A stretch of 64,000 bases of DNA, from the NCBI GenBank assembly GCA_963676835.2, contig CAXXFF010000003.1, positions 224,001 to 288,000 on the forward strand. Reading direction: 5' to 3'. The stretch comes from Marispirochaeta sp. GTDB taxonomy: Bacteria > Spirochaetota > Spirochaetia > JC444 > Marispirochaetaceae. Both the position numbers and the translations under genes were made by a program. Positions within the stretch are counted from its first letter, which is position 1, and each line of letters opens with the position of its first letter. Below, in pieces: positions 28,134-36,791 of the stretch. The notes under the pieces were generated by a model, which made no database searches, was not told the origin of the DNA, and saw only the letters and a list, made by a program, of their open reading frames with translations.

Positions 28134-28982
28134 CTATCGTTCCCTTTTGCGGTATAAAGCAGGTTGTACATACTGGAAAACTTCAGATTCCCGGCCGAGT
28201 GTTTCTGAATGGCCAATAAACAGATACCCCCCAGGAACCAGATGTTTCGCAAATTGCTCCACCAGCCGATCTTTGGTAGGTTTGTCAAAATAGATCATAA
28301 CATTCCTGCAGAAGATCATATGAAACTGCCGGCGAAAAGGATACCTTTCCTGCATAAGATTGAGCCGCTTGTACAGAACCAGCGATTTGAGCTCATTTTT
28401 CACCTGATATGTCGTATCAGTGGTTTTTGTAAAATACCGGGTAAGATACTGTTTATCCACATTCTTAAGCCGTTCTGTGGTGTACAAGCCCTTACCGGCA
28501 GATTCCAGTACAGTCAGTGAAATATCTGTAGCAAGAATAACTTTATCCCGGAAAGGAATCCCCCCCTTAAAATGCTCAATCAACTCAATTGCCAGGGTAT
28601 ATGGTTCCTCACCGCTGGAACAGCCGGCAGACCATATTCTTAATTCATTGGGATCCTTGCTGTTCATCTGCGATGTAATCTCCGGAAGTATCCGTGAGCG
28701 CAGAACTGAAAAGTGCTCCTCTTCTCTGTAAAAATAGGTATGGTTGGTAGATATTTTATCCACCAGGGTCAGCAATTCTGCACCGGTGGAATCGTTTACG
28801 ACATAATCATAGTATTCCCTGAAACTGGTAAACCCCTTTGACCGGATGAGTTTATTAAGCCGTCCCTTTACCAGGGTAACTTTCCGGTCCGTCAGATTGA
28901 TACCGAAACGCTTGTAGACAAGCTCTGCTATATCCCTGAACTCGTCACCGGTAATTTCCATCAGTCCATACTGCTGATTCAA
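28134..28982 (-). CDS. cheR: Chemotaxis methyltransferase
   Basis: STNHTYFYRE, IWSAGCSSGEEPY, IFCRNVMIYF, GHSE. Confidence 0.95.
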   Translation of the reverse strand: MNQQYGLMEITGDEFRDIAELVYKRFGINLTDRKVTLVKGRLNKLIRSKGFTSFREYYDYVVNDSTGAELLTLVDKISTNHTYFYREEEHFSVLRSRILPEITSQMNSKDPNELRIWSAGCSSGEEPYTLAIELIEHFKGGIPFRDKVILATDISLTVLESAGKGLYTTERLKNVDKQYLTRYFTKTTDTTYQVKNELKSLVLYKRLNLMQERYPFRRQFHMIFCRNVMIYFDKPTKDRLVEQFAKHLVPGGYLFIGHSETLGRESEVFQYVQPALYRKRER

Positions 28983-31501
28983 TCGAGTTCCTCGTTTACA
29001 ATTGCACCGATATCCAGAATAAGGCTTACCTCGCCTTCACTCATAATACTGCAGCCGGAGATTGCCCGCATGGAACCCATGTATTCCGGCAGTGCCTTTA
29101 CCACCATTTGACGATAACCGATGATCTCATCCACGAGAAGAGCAACACCCCGCCTTCCCGCCTGGGAAACAATAAGAATACCCTCATCTATGGCATCTAC
29201 AGCGTTGTTAATCTGAAAGAAATCAGCCAGACGTATAATCGGTATAAGAGATTTCCGTAAACGGAATACTTCGCGGTTATTATCTGTTGCGGTAACCTGA
29301 GCCATATCCGCCTTTTGAAAAGAAGTGACATCCGTTACAGGCAGACTATACAGCATATTTCCTACCCGTGCGGTAATGCCATCTATTATTGCCAGAGTCA
29401 GGGGAATCCGCAGGATAAATTCTGTGCCCGTACCCTCTTCGCTGCGAATGTCAATCTTACCTCTCAGCTTTTCGAGATTCTGCTTTACAACGTCCATACC
29501 GACACCGCGGCCTGAAATCTCGGATACCTGCTGTGCTGTGGAAAAGCCCGCTTCAAAAATCAGCTGATAGACTTCCTGATCCGACAAATCCGCCTCGGGA
29601 TCGATAATACCCCGTTCTCTGGATTTTTCGAGAATGCGTTCTTTTTTCAGGCCACCACCGTCATCCTGAATACTTATCCAGATCTCATTTCCCTCATACC
29701 GGGCGTCGAGGTAAACATTACCATCTACCGGTTTACCGATCTTTTTTCGCTGCTCTGTAGACTCTATTCCATGATCAATGGCATTACGAATAATATGCAC
29801 CAGAGGATCTGAAATTTCCTCCATTACATTCCGGTCCATTTCAGTCTCTTCACCGCTTATGTGAAGATTAACATTCTTGCCGAATTTTCGGGAAAGGTCA
29901 CGTACCAGTCTGCGCATTTTGTTGAACAGACCCTCCAGGGGTATCATGCGGATAGACATGGTAATTTCCTGCATTTCCCTGGTTATCTTCGACAGATAGG
30001 CAGATGCTTTCTGAAACTCCGGAAGGTCCAATGAAGCTACATCCGGATTATGCAGAACCATGGCCTCCGCGGTTATAAGTTCGCCCATCAGATCAAACAG
30101 CCGATCTAACCGGGTGGTATCAACACGAATATCCTTTCGCTTGAATCCGTACCCGGCGGAAGCTTCCGGAGCAGCCTCAGCCGGCCGTCCCTGCCTTTTA
30201 AGAGCCTTTTCTATACTTGCCTCATCGGTTACCCCTTCTGTAACCAGAAGCTCACCAAGTCGCATATTCTGCTTTTCCAGAGCCTTGTCTATCTCTGTAG
30301 CGGACGCCGCACCCATCTCTACAAGGAGTTCTCCCAGCGGTTTGGCATCTCCTTTTTCAAGGCGCTCATCAACGTAGGTTGCTTCCCTATCACCGCTCTC
30401 GCCGGGCTTTACCTCGCCATTCTGTATTTTCTGTAAACCGTAACGTATTTCATCCAGTGCAGATAATAAAGAAGAGATTACCGTATGCCGAATTGCCTGC
30501 TTATCTTTACGCATAAGATCCAGTACAGATTCAACATCCATACAAAGCTTCTCTATATATCCAAACCAGAAGAAACCGGAATTTCCTTTAATTGTATGAA
30601 TTGCACGAAAGGCTTCATCTATCAGGGGTAGAGGGCTTTCGGTAGATTCCACATCCAGAATTGCCTTCTCCGCACTGTCTATCAGATCTGAAGATTCGGC
30701 TACAAACTTTTCGATCATTTCAGGGGTAAAAAGTTCGTCATTCTTTCCTGCCCCTGCAGAAGCAGGACTGGACTCAGTGGATTCTTTTCCTGTCACAAGA
30801 GCTTCCAGCTTGGCTATAAATGAATCAATTGACACGCCTAACTCTACAACAGGGTCTGATCCCCCTGCCTTCCTGGCTTCACACTTTTCAGACAGGTCGT
30901 TTACAAGCTGTAAAACCAAATCTACTCCGGCCAGGAATGCATCGATCATTTCCGGAGTTACCGCAAGCTTTTCCTTTCTTACATCATCAAGGACAGATTC
31001 CATATGATGGCTTACAGTCTTGATTCTTCGCAGCCCGAGAAAAGACGAGACTCCTTTTATAGTATGCATGGAGCGGAAAACTTCATTTACCATTTCGGGA
31101 TCAACTGAAGTCTCCAGGGTAAGAATTTTTTCTTCTATGTTTTCCAGATGTTCCTGAGCTTCCACAATAAAAGATGAGAGGACATCAAGATCCTCCACCT
31201 CTTCCTCTTCGTAATCGCCGGAAGAGGCCTTTTCAGCCTGAGGTTCTTCTGACTGGTGCTTAACCAGCTTGTTCAAACCTTTAACAATACCGGACTTAAT
31301 GATATCTTCATCGCCGCCGGAAGATTGCTGAATGATTCCGGAAAATTCTCCTGCCAGGGTTTTTATCATATCAATATTTTCCGGTGCCAACGCAGGATCG
31401 TTCAGTACCTCTTTAAAGGCTTCTTCTATATCAATCCCTTCCACAAGATCACCGGGAATAAATGTTTCTACTCTTTTCAGGAGGTTTTTCAAGCTTTCCA
31501 T
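28979..31501 (-). CDS. cheA: CheA with two Hpt domains and a tandem MshEN-like motif
   Basis: FRSMHTIKG and FRAIHTIKG; PLGELLVEMG / RLGELLVTEG; IRNAIDHGIE, GRGVGMDVV; C-terminal P5. Confidence 0.95.
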   Translation of the reverse strand: MESLKNLLKRVETFIPGDLVEGIDIEEAFKEVLNDPALAPENIDMIKTLAGEFSGIIQQSSGGDEDIIKSGIVKGLNKLVKHQSEEPQAEKASSGDYEEEEVEDLDVLSSFIVEAQEHLENIEEKILTLETSVDPEMVNEVFRSMHTIKGVSSFLGLRRIKTVSHHMESVLDDVRKEKLAVTPEMIDAFLAGVDLVLQLVNDLSEKCEARKAGGSDPVVELGVSIDSFIAKLEALVTGKESTESSPASAGAGKNDELFTPEMIEKFVAESSDLIDSAEKAILDVESTESPLPLIDEAFRAIHTIKGNSGFFWFGYIEKLCMDVESVLDLMRKDKQAIRHTVISSLLSALDEIRYGLQKIQNGEVKPGESGDREATYVDERLEKGDAKPLGELLVEMGAASATEIDKALEKQNMRLGELLVTEGVTDEASIEKALKRQGRPAEAAPEASAGYGFKRKDIRVDTTRLDRLFDLMGELITAEAMVLHNPDVASLDLPEFQKASAYLSKITREMQEITMSIRMIPLEGLFNKMRRLVRDLSRKFGKNVNLHISGEETEMDRNVMEEISDPLVHIIRNAIDHGIESTEQRKKIGKPVDGNVYLDARYEGNEIWISIQDDGGGLKKERILEKSRERGIIDPEADLSDQEVYQLIFEAGFSTAQQVSEISGRGVGMDVVKQNLEKLRGKIDIRSEEGTGTEFILRIPLTLAIIDGITARVGNMLYSLPVTDVTSFQKADMAQVTATDNNREVFRLRKSLIPIIRLADFFQINNAVDAIDEGILIVSQAGRRGVALLVDEIIGYRQMVVKALPEYMGSMRAISGCSIMSEGEVSLILDIGAIVNEELD

Positions 31502-31511
31502 GTTTTATCCC

Positions 31512-31874
31512 CTAGGATCCTGTAATCATTCTAATTACCTTAACAAGAGAGGGCGGATCAAAGGGCTTTACTATCCAGCCTTTTACCCCCAGGGCTGCAC
31601 CTTTTTTCTTTTTCTCTTCAGAACTTTCGGTGGTTAAAAAAATAATAGGTATTTTATCGGCGCCGCTGTTTTTCCTGAAAGCTTCAACAAATTGAAACCC
31701 ATCCATCTCAGGCATATTAACATCAACTACACAAGCATCAACTTTATTGGCCCCCGCCACATCCAGGGCATCCTTGCCGTTCACGGCCTCTATAATGGTA
31801 AAACCCTCCGGCTCTAACGCTTTCTTTACCAGAATCCGGATAGTATTGCTGTCATCAACACAAAGAATATTCAT
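31512..31874 (-). CDS. cheY: CheY-like response regulator
   Basis: VDDSNTIR, DVNMPEMDG, LTTES, GWIVKPF. Confidence 0.9.
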   Translation of the reverse strand: MNILCVDDSNTIRILVKKALEPEGFTIIEAVNGKDALDVAGANKVDACVVDVNMPEMDGFQFVEAFRKNSGADKIPIIFLTTESSEEKKKKGAALGVKGWIVKPFDPPSLVKVIRMITGS

Positions 31875-31897
31875 TATAAATCTCCTGAACTACTAAT

Positions 31898-33184
31898 CTA
31901 GAATAGTGTGATATCACCTTCAAGCTTATGCTTCCTTTTTGTCTGTTCCCGTTTCTCTATGTTACTTGTATCTTTCACGGAAAGGCCTATAACCTCCCAT
32001 TCATCATCTACAGTAAAATGGTTCTTAGCTATATCGCGAACCAGTTCATTTACCTTTTCATTTTTTAAGATACGCTCATCTGTAAACAGAGCCCCATCGG
32101 CACTGCAGAGCTCCTTCACATCACCAAGAATCGATATACAGTGTTCCAGTATCTGCCGCACTATGTCATGATACTGAAGAGAAACAATAATACCATCGAG
32201 GTTTTCTGAAACACCAACGGATAAATCTTTCGACTTTTCAATGGAAGTACTGATTTTTTCAAGTTTAGGTTGAAGTTCACTGGTTATATTCGATAAAAGT
32301 TCCTGTGATTTTATAATCTGCCCGATACTGTCTTCCAGAGTTTCTTCCTGTTCATTAAAAGAACTTTCAACCGCACCCGCTGCATCCTGAATACTGTCGT
32401 TTATCTGTTCTGCAATTGACTTCGAACGCTGTGCAAGCTGCTGAACCTCGGAAGCGATAATCCGGAACCCATTACCGGCCTGCCCTGCGCGTGCAGCCTC
32501 TATAGAGGTGGTAATGCTGAGAAGGTTCGTCTGATCTGCCAGGTCTGTCAGGCTGGTGGTAAAACTTCCGATTTTTCCGACCATATCTTTTAAAGTGGAC
32601 ATATCTCGAAGATATCTTTTTCCCAGGGAGTTCAATTCTCTGGTTAAGGAACTAAGCCTGTCCGCTTCGCTGTTCAGATGATTTACTCCACGCTGAAGTC
32701 CGGTATCTCCGTCCACAAGTTCATAAAAAACATTACGGATATCTTCGTTAACCTGTTTTGATGCACCGGTAATAGAAAAAATCCGATCTGAGAGCGCAAT
32801 GTTGGAACTTTCAGTTCTTTGCACCACCCGCTGGGTGAGAGCATCAAGAATCGGAATTGCACCTGAAAATATCTGAACATTCTCCGAAATACGGTCGAGA
32901 AGCATTGCATTTGATTGGTGGAGTTTTTGTGAGGCCTCAAGGGCTGCTTCAGCAGCCACGGTCTTTTTCTCCTGCACCAGTAAATGTTCTTTTAAAGATT
33001 CGATTTCGTCGGTATAGCGGTTTATAAGCAGTCGCTTCTGGCCCGCCTGGCTTTTTACCAGAAAAATCGTGGCACCAAGGCCGAGCAACACAGCAGCGGT
33101 GATTATGAATGAACTTGAGACGGGAAAAAAAGCTGTGACTGCAATAGCTATGACAAGTAGTAAACTGTTTATCAGAATCAACAT
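31898..33184 (-). CDS. Methyl-accepting chemotaxis protein without a periplasmic sensor domain
   Basis: Two adjacent N-terminal TM helices; ADQTNLLSITTSIEAARAGQAGNGF; C-terminal GDITLF. Confidence 0.88.
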   Translation of the reverse strand: MLILINSLLLVIAIAVTAFFPVSSSFIITAAVLLGLGATIFLVKSQAGQKRLLINRYTDEIESLKEHLLVQEKKTVAAEAALEASQKLHQSNAMLLDRISENVQIFSGAIPILDALTQRVVQRTESSNIALSDRIFSITGASKQVNEDIRNVFYELVDGDTGLQRGVNHLNSEADRLSSLTRELNSLGKRYLRDMSTLKDMVGKIGSFTTSLTDLADQTNLLSITTSIEAARAGQAGNGFRIIASEVQQLAQRSKSIAEQINDSIQDAAGAVESSFNEQEETLEDSIGQIIKSQELLSNITSELQPKLEKISTSIEKSKDLSVGVSENLDGIIVSLQYHDIVRQILEHCISILGDVKELCSADGALFTDERILKNEKVNELVRDIAKNHFTVDDEWEVIGLSVKDTSNIEKREQTKRKHKLEGDITLF

Positions 33185-33247
33185 TTTCCTCCAGAATATT
33201 TACCTATTATTATGAAAGAAAACGTTCCAATTTGCAATTTTAGAAAT

Positions 33248-33281
33248 AAAAAAAGCACCGAAAGAAAATCTCCGGTGCTTT
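33248..33281 (-). terminator. Intrinsic terminator of the Nif11-like gene
   Basis: Stem AAAGCACCG/CGGTGCTTT followed by T7 on the minus strand. Confidence 0.75.
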
Positions 33282-33315
33282 CTATATCCAAGGTAGGGGT
33301 AAAATATAAAGTAAA

Positions 33316-33534
33316 CTATACCCAGATACCTTTCTTGGGAGGATTACCGTAAGATTCGAATGAATCGCCGTTTTCCTTTAATACCGCTTTAAGTTCATCT
33401 TCTGTAAAATCAAATCCGTCTTCCTGTGCCATGGCGGTAAACTTATCCATTGAAAAACAGTTGTCGTATTTTACCCGGAATTTTCTGTCGTCTGCGCCTT
33501 TATCTAGAAAAGCCAGTACATTCTCTTTAGACAT
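33316..33534 (-). CDS. Nif11-like leader-domain protein (72 aa)
   Basis: MSKENVLAFLDK...AMAQEDGFDFTEDEL matches the Nif11 pattern; GGAGG RBS. Confidence 0.75.
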   Translation of the reverse strand: MSKENVLAFLDKGADDRKFRVKYDNCFSMDKFTAMAQEDGFDFTEDELKAVLKENGDSFESYGNPPKKGIWV

Positions 33535-33732
33535 ATTAAGCCTCCATTGCTGGGTTGTAGAGGAATTTGCGTTTTGGCAGGTACAAATTACAACCTCATA
33601 AGCATTGAAGCAATATTATTACCATAATTACAAACATTTCAAGTGTTTATTATGTTTTTGATAACTTTTTTAATATTTTCTTACTTTTCTTCTATAGGTA
33701 GACTTATTTATGCAAAACTATTGCTGCCCGGA

Positions 33733-35661
33733 ATCGGATAGGAGAGATAAAATAGTTTCAAACGACTGTTTTATCTCGTCCTTCCACACCACCGGGCATA
33801 CGGTTCCGTACCACGGCGGTTCCAGAATTAGAATTACACTACAATGTGCACTCTCGTATACCAATCATTGAAAAACTCATAACCATGGTTCCTTAGCACC
33901 TTCATATTCAACCACCATGAGACCGCATAAAACCCTGACAGTGCCCAGACTTTCTGTCTCGCATTGGCCACCAATAGCGCATCTTGGTGATTAGCACCAC
34001 ATTGCCTGAATAGTTTGTAGCGAGACCGGACACGACGGTTCTGGGCAAGAATTACCGCACGAATCTTATGCCGCACCCATGCATCAAGTATCTGTAAGCG
34101 CTTCTTGGCGAGGGCAAACCTGAAGTAGTTCACCCAACCTCTGACGAGATATCTCAGTCGATCTTTGCGAAAAACATAGCTCCATCCGTTGCTCTTGTTC
34201 AGGACCTCTTTGAGCTTGCCTTTCATTTTCAACATACTTTTGCGGTGAATGGTCAGCTGTATGGTCCCTCTCTGGTTAGAGAATCCATGTCCCAGAAATT
34301 TCACGTCTTTCGTAATATATCGAACAACGCTCTTTTCCCGGTTCACTTTCAACTTCAATTTCTTCTCCAGAAAGGTAGTGATGCTTTCCATTACCCTCTT
34401 CGCAGCCCTTTCTGTTTTGCAGAAGATCATCAGGTCATCGGCATATCGTACAAACGCGTGCCCTCGACTCTCCAACTCTTTATCGCAATCGTTAAGCATT
34501 ATGTTACTCAACAGTGGCGACAGAGGACCTCCTTGAGGAACTCCCTCATCAGTCGGTCTCTTTACCCCATTTACCATAACTCCTGCTTTCACAAATCGAT
34601 AGAGCAGAGATATGACCCGTCCATCCGTGATGGTAGTACTAATCATCTGTAATAGTCTGCTTTGCTGTACTGTGTCGAAAAATCTTTCCAAATCCAGATC
34701 GACTACCCAGACTCTTCCTTCCCGTGCATACTCAAGGCATTTCTTTAACGCGTCATGAGCGCTACGGTTCGGCCTGAATCCGTAACTGGTTTCACTGAAT
34801 ATGGGTTCATAGATGGCACTAAGCACATTAGCGATGGACATCTGGACTCCTCGGTCTATGACCGTGGGGATGCCAAGGTTCCTTTTCTTGCCATTGTCTT
34901 TAGGTATTTCTACCCTCCGAACAGGCTGTGGTTTGTACCGCTTTTCAAGTAGGTCATCCTTTAGATCCGGGTAGTGTTCTTCGAAATACGGCACCAGCTC
35001 TGATGCTTTCATCCCGTCCACACCACCTGAGCCTTTATTACTTGCAACCTTGCTGAACGCCAGGTGCATATTTTCATAGCTCACGATTCTGTCGAATAAT
35101 CTACTGGTGTCGATACTGTGATCGGTATTGGTTCCCTTGTATTGTTTCTTCCTGGACAACTTTGACGCTGTATCATTACCTTCACCTTCCGGGCTATCCT
35201 CATGATACAGTTCTTCTAACCGAAGTTGGCTGTCTTTTGCATTGTCTCTGGATACTTCCATATTCGGTAACCGCCGTTCTGGTTCAGTCCTTCCCAACGT
35301 TTAAATTGGTACTATGACGTCTGCTGACTTCTCATGGCAAGCTTTACTCCGTCTATCATGAGCGATATTGCAGCCTAAGACGTCCATAAGACCTCCCGAG
35401 GTAAGACGTGTCTCTTTCCTCCCATGTAGCCACTGGATTTACCGCCTCAGGTTCTGTACAGTGTTGGACTTCGTTCTGTATCGCAAACTTATCCACCTGA
35501 AACAGCCTCATATCCAGTTCGTGTTCCTTGGCTCAGGATTTTGCTTCCAGCTTCCTTCAGATTCTATCTCACGATAGACACCCTTGCCTTCAGCTAGTGG
35601 TAGGCACTGTAACCCCCACAGAGGACTTTCACCTCCAAGATACGCGCCATGCTCGGCACAC
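33733..35661 (-). mobile_element. Complete group II intron, bacterial class C (IIC), 1929 bp
   Basis: 5' end GTGTGCCGAGCATGG at 35661; DV GAACCGCCGTGGTACGGAACCGTATGCCCGGTGGTGT (CGC triad); 3' end CCTATCCGAT at 33733; inserted right after a terminator stem-loop. Confidence 0.9.
33834..35261 (-). CDS. ltrA: Group II intron reverse transcriptase/maturase, no endonuclease domain
   Basis: NKGSGGVDG, RNLGIPTVIDR, SYGFRPNRS, PQGGPLSPLLSN, YADD, FLG, RGWVNYF; start uncertain (35261 or 35297). Confidence 0.95.
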   Translation of the reverse strand: MEVSRDNAKDSQLRLEELYHEDSPEGEGNDTASKLSRKKQYKGTNTDHSIDTSRLFDRIVSYENMHLAFSKVASNKGSGGVDGMKASELVPYFEEHYPDLKDDLLEKRYKPQPVRRVEIPKDNGKKRNLGIPTVIDRGVQMSIANVLSAIYEPIFSETSYGFRPNRSAHDALKKCLEYAREGRVWVVDLDLERFFDTVQQSRLLQMISTTITDGRVISLLYRFVKAGVMVNGVKRPTDEGVPQGGPLSPLLSNIMLNDCDKELESRGHAFVRYADDLMIFCKTERAAKRVMESITTFLEKKLKLKVNREKSVVRYITKDVKFLGHGFSNQRGTIQLTIHRKSMLKMKGKLKEVLNKSNGWSYVFRKDRLRYLVRGWVNYFRFALAKKRLQILDAWVRHKIRAVILAQNRRVRSRYKLFRQCGANHQDALLVANARQKVWALSGFYAVSWWLNMKVLRNHGYEFFNDWYTRVHIVV

Positions 35662-35664
35662 AAT

Positions 35665-35698
35665 AAAAAAAGCACCGAACCGGGAAGTTCGATGCTTT
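35665..35698 (-). terminator. Intrinsic terminator after tRNA-Val; target of the IIC intron
   Basis: AAAGCATCGAAC-ttcccg-GTTCGGTGCTTTTTTT then ATT|intron. Confidence 0.85.
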
Positions 35699-35725
35699 AA
35701 TTCTTTGCCTGTAAGGCATTTAATA

Positions 35726-35799
35726 TGGGCGGCATTGGATTCGAACCAACGACCCCTTGCGTGTCGAGCAAGTGCTCTAACCAACTGAGCTAGCCGCCC
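35726..35799 (-). tRNA. tRNA-Val(GAC), CCA not encoded
   Basis: GGGCGGC acceptor, AGCTCAGTTGGTTAGAGC D arm, CTTGC-TCGACAC-GCAAG anticodon arm, GGTTCGAATCC T arm. Confidence 0.93.
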
Positions 35800-35825
35800 A
35801 TTTTAGCAGAGCTATTTCTACCACA

Positions 35826-36260
35826 TTATTTGAGGCTCATCAATACCCTTTCCAGGACTTTTTTGCGGTCCAAAGGCTTTACAATGTAGTTCTTTGCACC
35901 TATAAGTAGAGCCTTTTTTACAAGATCCTGTTTGCCCAGAGCACTGATCATTATAATCTTCGCTTCCTTGTCAAACTCGATAATCTTTTCAAGGCTGGTA
36001 ACTCCGTCCATACGGGGCATTGTAATATCCATGGTTACCAGATCAACATTAGGATAGAGTTCCTTATATTTTTCGAGTCCTTCCTGTCCATCCTTGGCTG
36101 TTCCTACAACTTCAAATCCTTCAGATGTTAAAATCTGACTGATCTGTTTGGTAACAAACATGGAGTCATCTACAACAAGAACACGGAAAGCTGATCCATC
36201 GGGACGGGTCCCTTCTGCTTTGCGTTCATTTATGTTAGGAAAATCCATTTTCGTTTTCAT
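35826..36260 (-). CDS. cheY: Chemotaxis response regulator (spirochaete type with N-terminal extension)
   Basis: VVDDSMF, MDITMPRMDG, YIVKP; last gene of cheAWXY. Confidence 0.93.
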   Translation of the reverse strand: MKTKMDFPNINERKAEGTRPDGSAFRVLVVDDSMFVTKQISQILTSEGFEVVGTAKDGQEGLEKYKELYPNVDLVTMDITMPRMDGVTSLEKIIEFDKEAKIIMISALGKQDLVKKALLIGAKNYIVKPLDRKKVLERVLMSLK

Positions 36261-36271
36261 TCAAACGCCTC

Positions 36272-36736
36272 CTAAGCACGTTCCCGAACGGCTACATTAA
36301 TTTCTATTTTACCCTGGGGAAGATTAACCGGCACAATAAGTGCTTCTACTTCAGTATCGGTAACTTCCATATTATCACCAGTAAAAATTGCGGGGGGAGT
36401 AAGATCAAACTTGAAACCAAGATCATGCAGCTTGGTAACAGCCTGAGCTGTAATCATATTGGCAAGCTCTGTAATAGTTGCCTTCCCAAGTTCATCCAGT
36501 GTTTTGATCTCTTCACCGTTCATTGCAGAAGCAATGCCGGTAGCAGTATCTTTGCTCATGTCAAAAAGAACCCGGCCTTCAACATCTCCAGCCAGACCCA
36601 CTATTGCAGCTACACCCAGAACTGGCTGGGAGGTAGACTTCAAATACAGTTCACCCCGCGTAATTTCTTCATTTAAAACTTCGCGCAGAATATTAAATGC
36701 AGCTTCAACAAAGGGATTGATATATTCCACTCTCAT
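36272..36736 (-). CDS. cheX: CheY-P phosphatase
   Basis: MRVEYINPFV, GDVEGR, TELANMI, LTPP. Confidence 0.93.
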   Translation of the reverse strand: MRVEYINPFVEAAFNILREVLNEEITRGELYLKSTSQPVLGVAAIVGLAGDVEGRVLFDMSKDTATGIASAMNGEEIKTLDELGKATITELANMITAQAVTKLHDLGFKFDLTPPAIFTGDNMEVTDTEVEALIVPVNLPQGKIEINVAVRERA

Positions 36737-36791
36737 AGGTTGCTCTCCTTACCCGCAATACTCAAAAGACTCATTACAATACTTAATACTA

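Noticed and set aside
33540..33600. c-di-GMP-I riboswitch upstream of the Nif11-like gene
   Set aside because: ACGCAAA is present, but the GGCAAAC / GNRA-tetraloop P2 and P3 elements are not.
33834..35297. RT as a retron, DGR or defence RT
   Set aside because: It has group II RT0-7 and X motifs and sits inside recognisable intron ends with DV/DVI; no template repeat or effector nearby.
25352..35726. Second che cluster as an island integrated at tRNA-Val
   Set aside because: No duplicated tRNA 3' end near 25352-25378, no integrase, and no obvious compositional shift.
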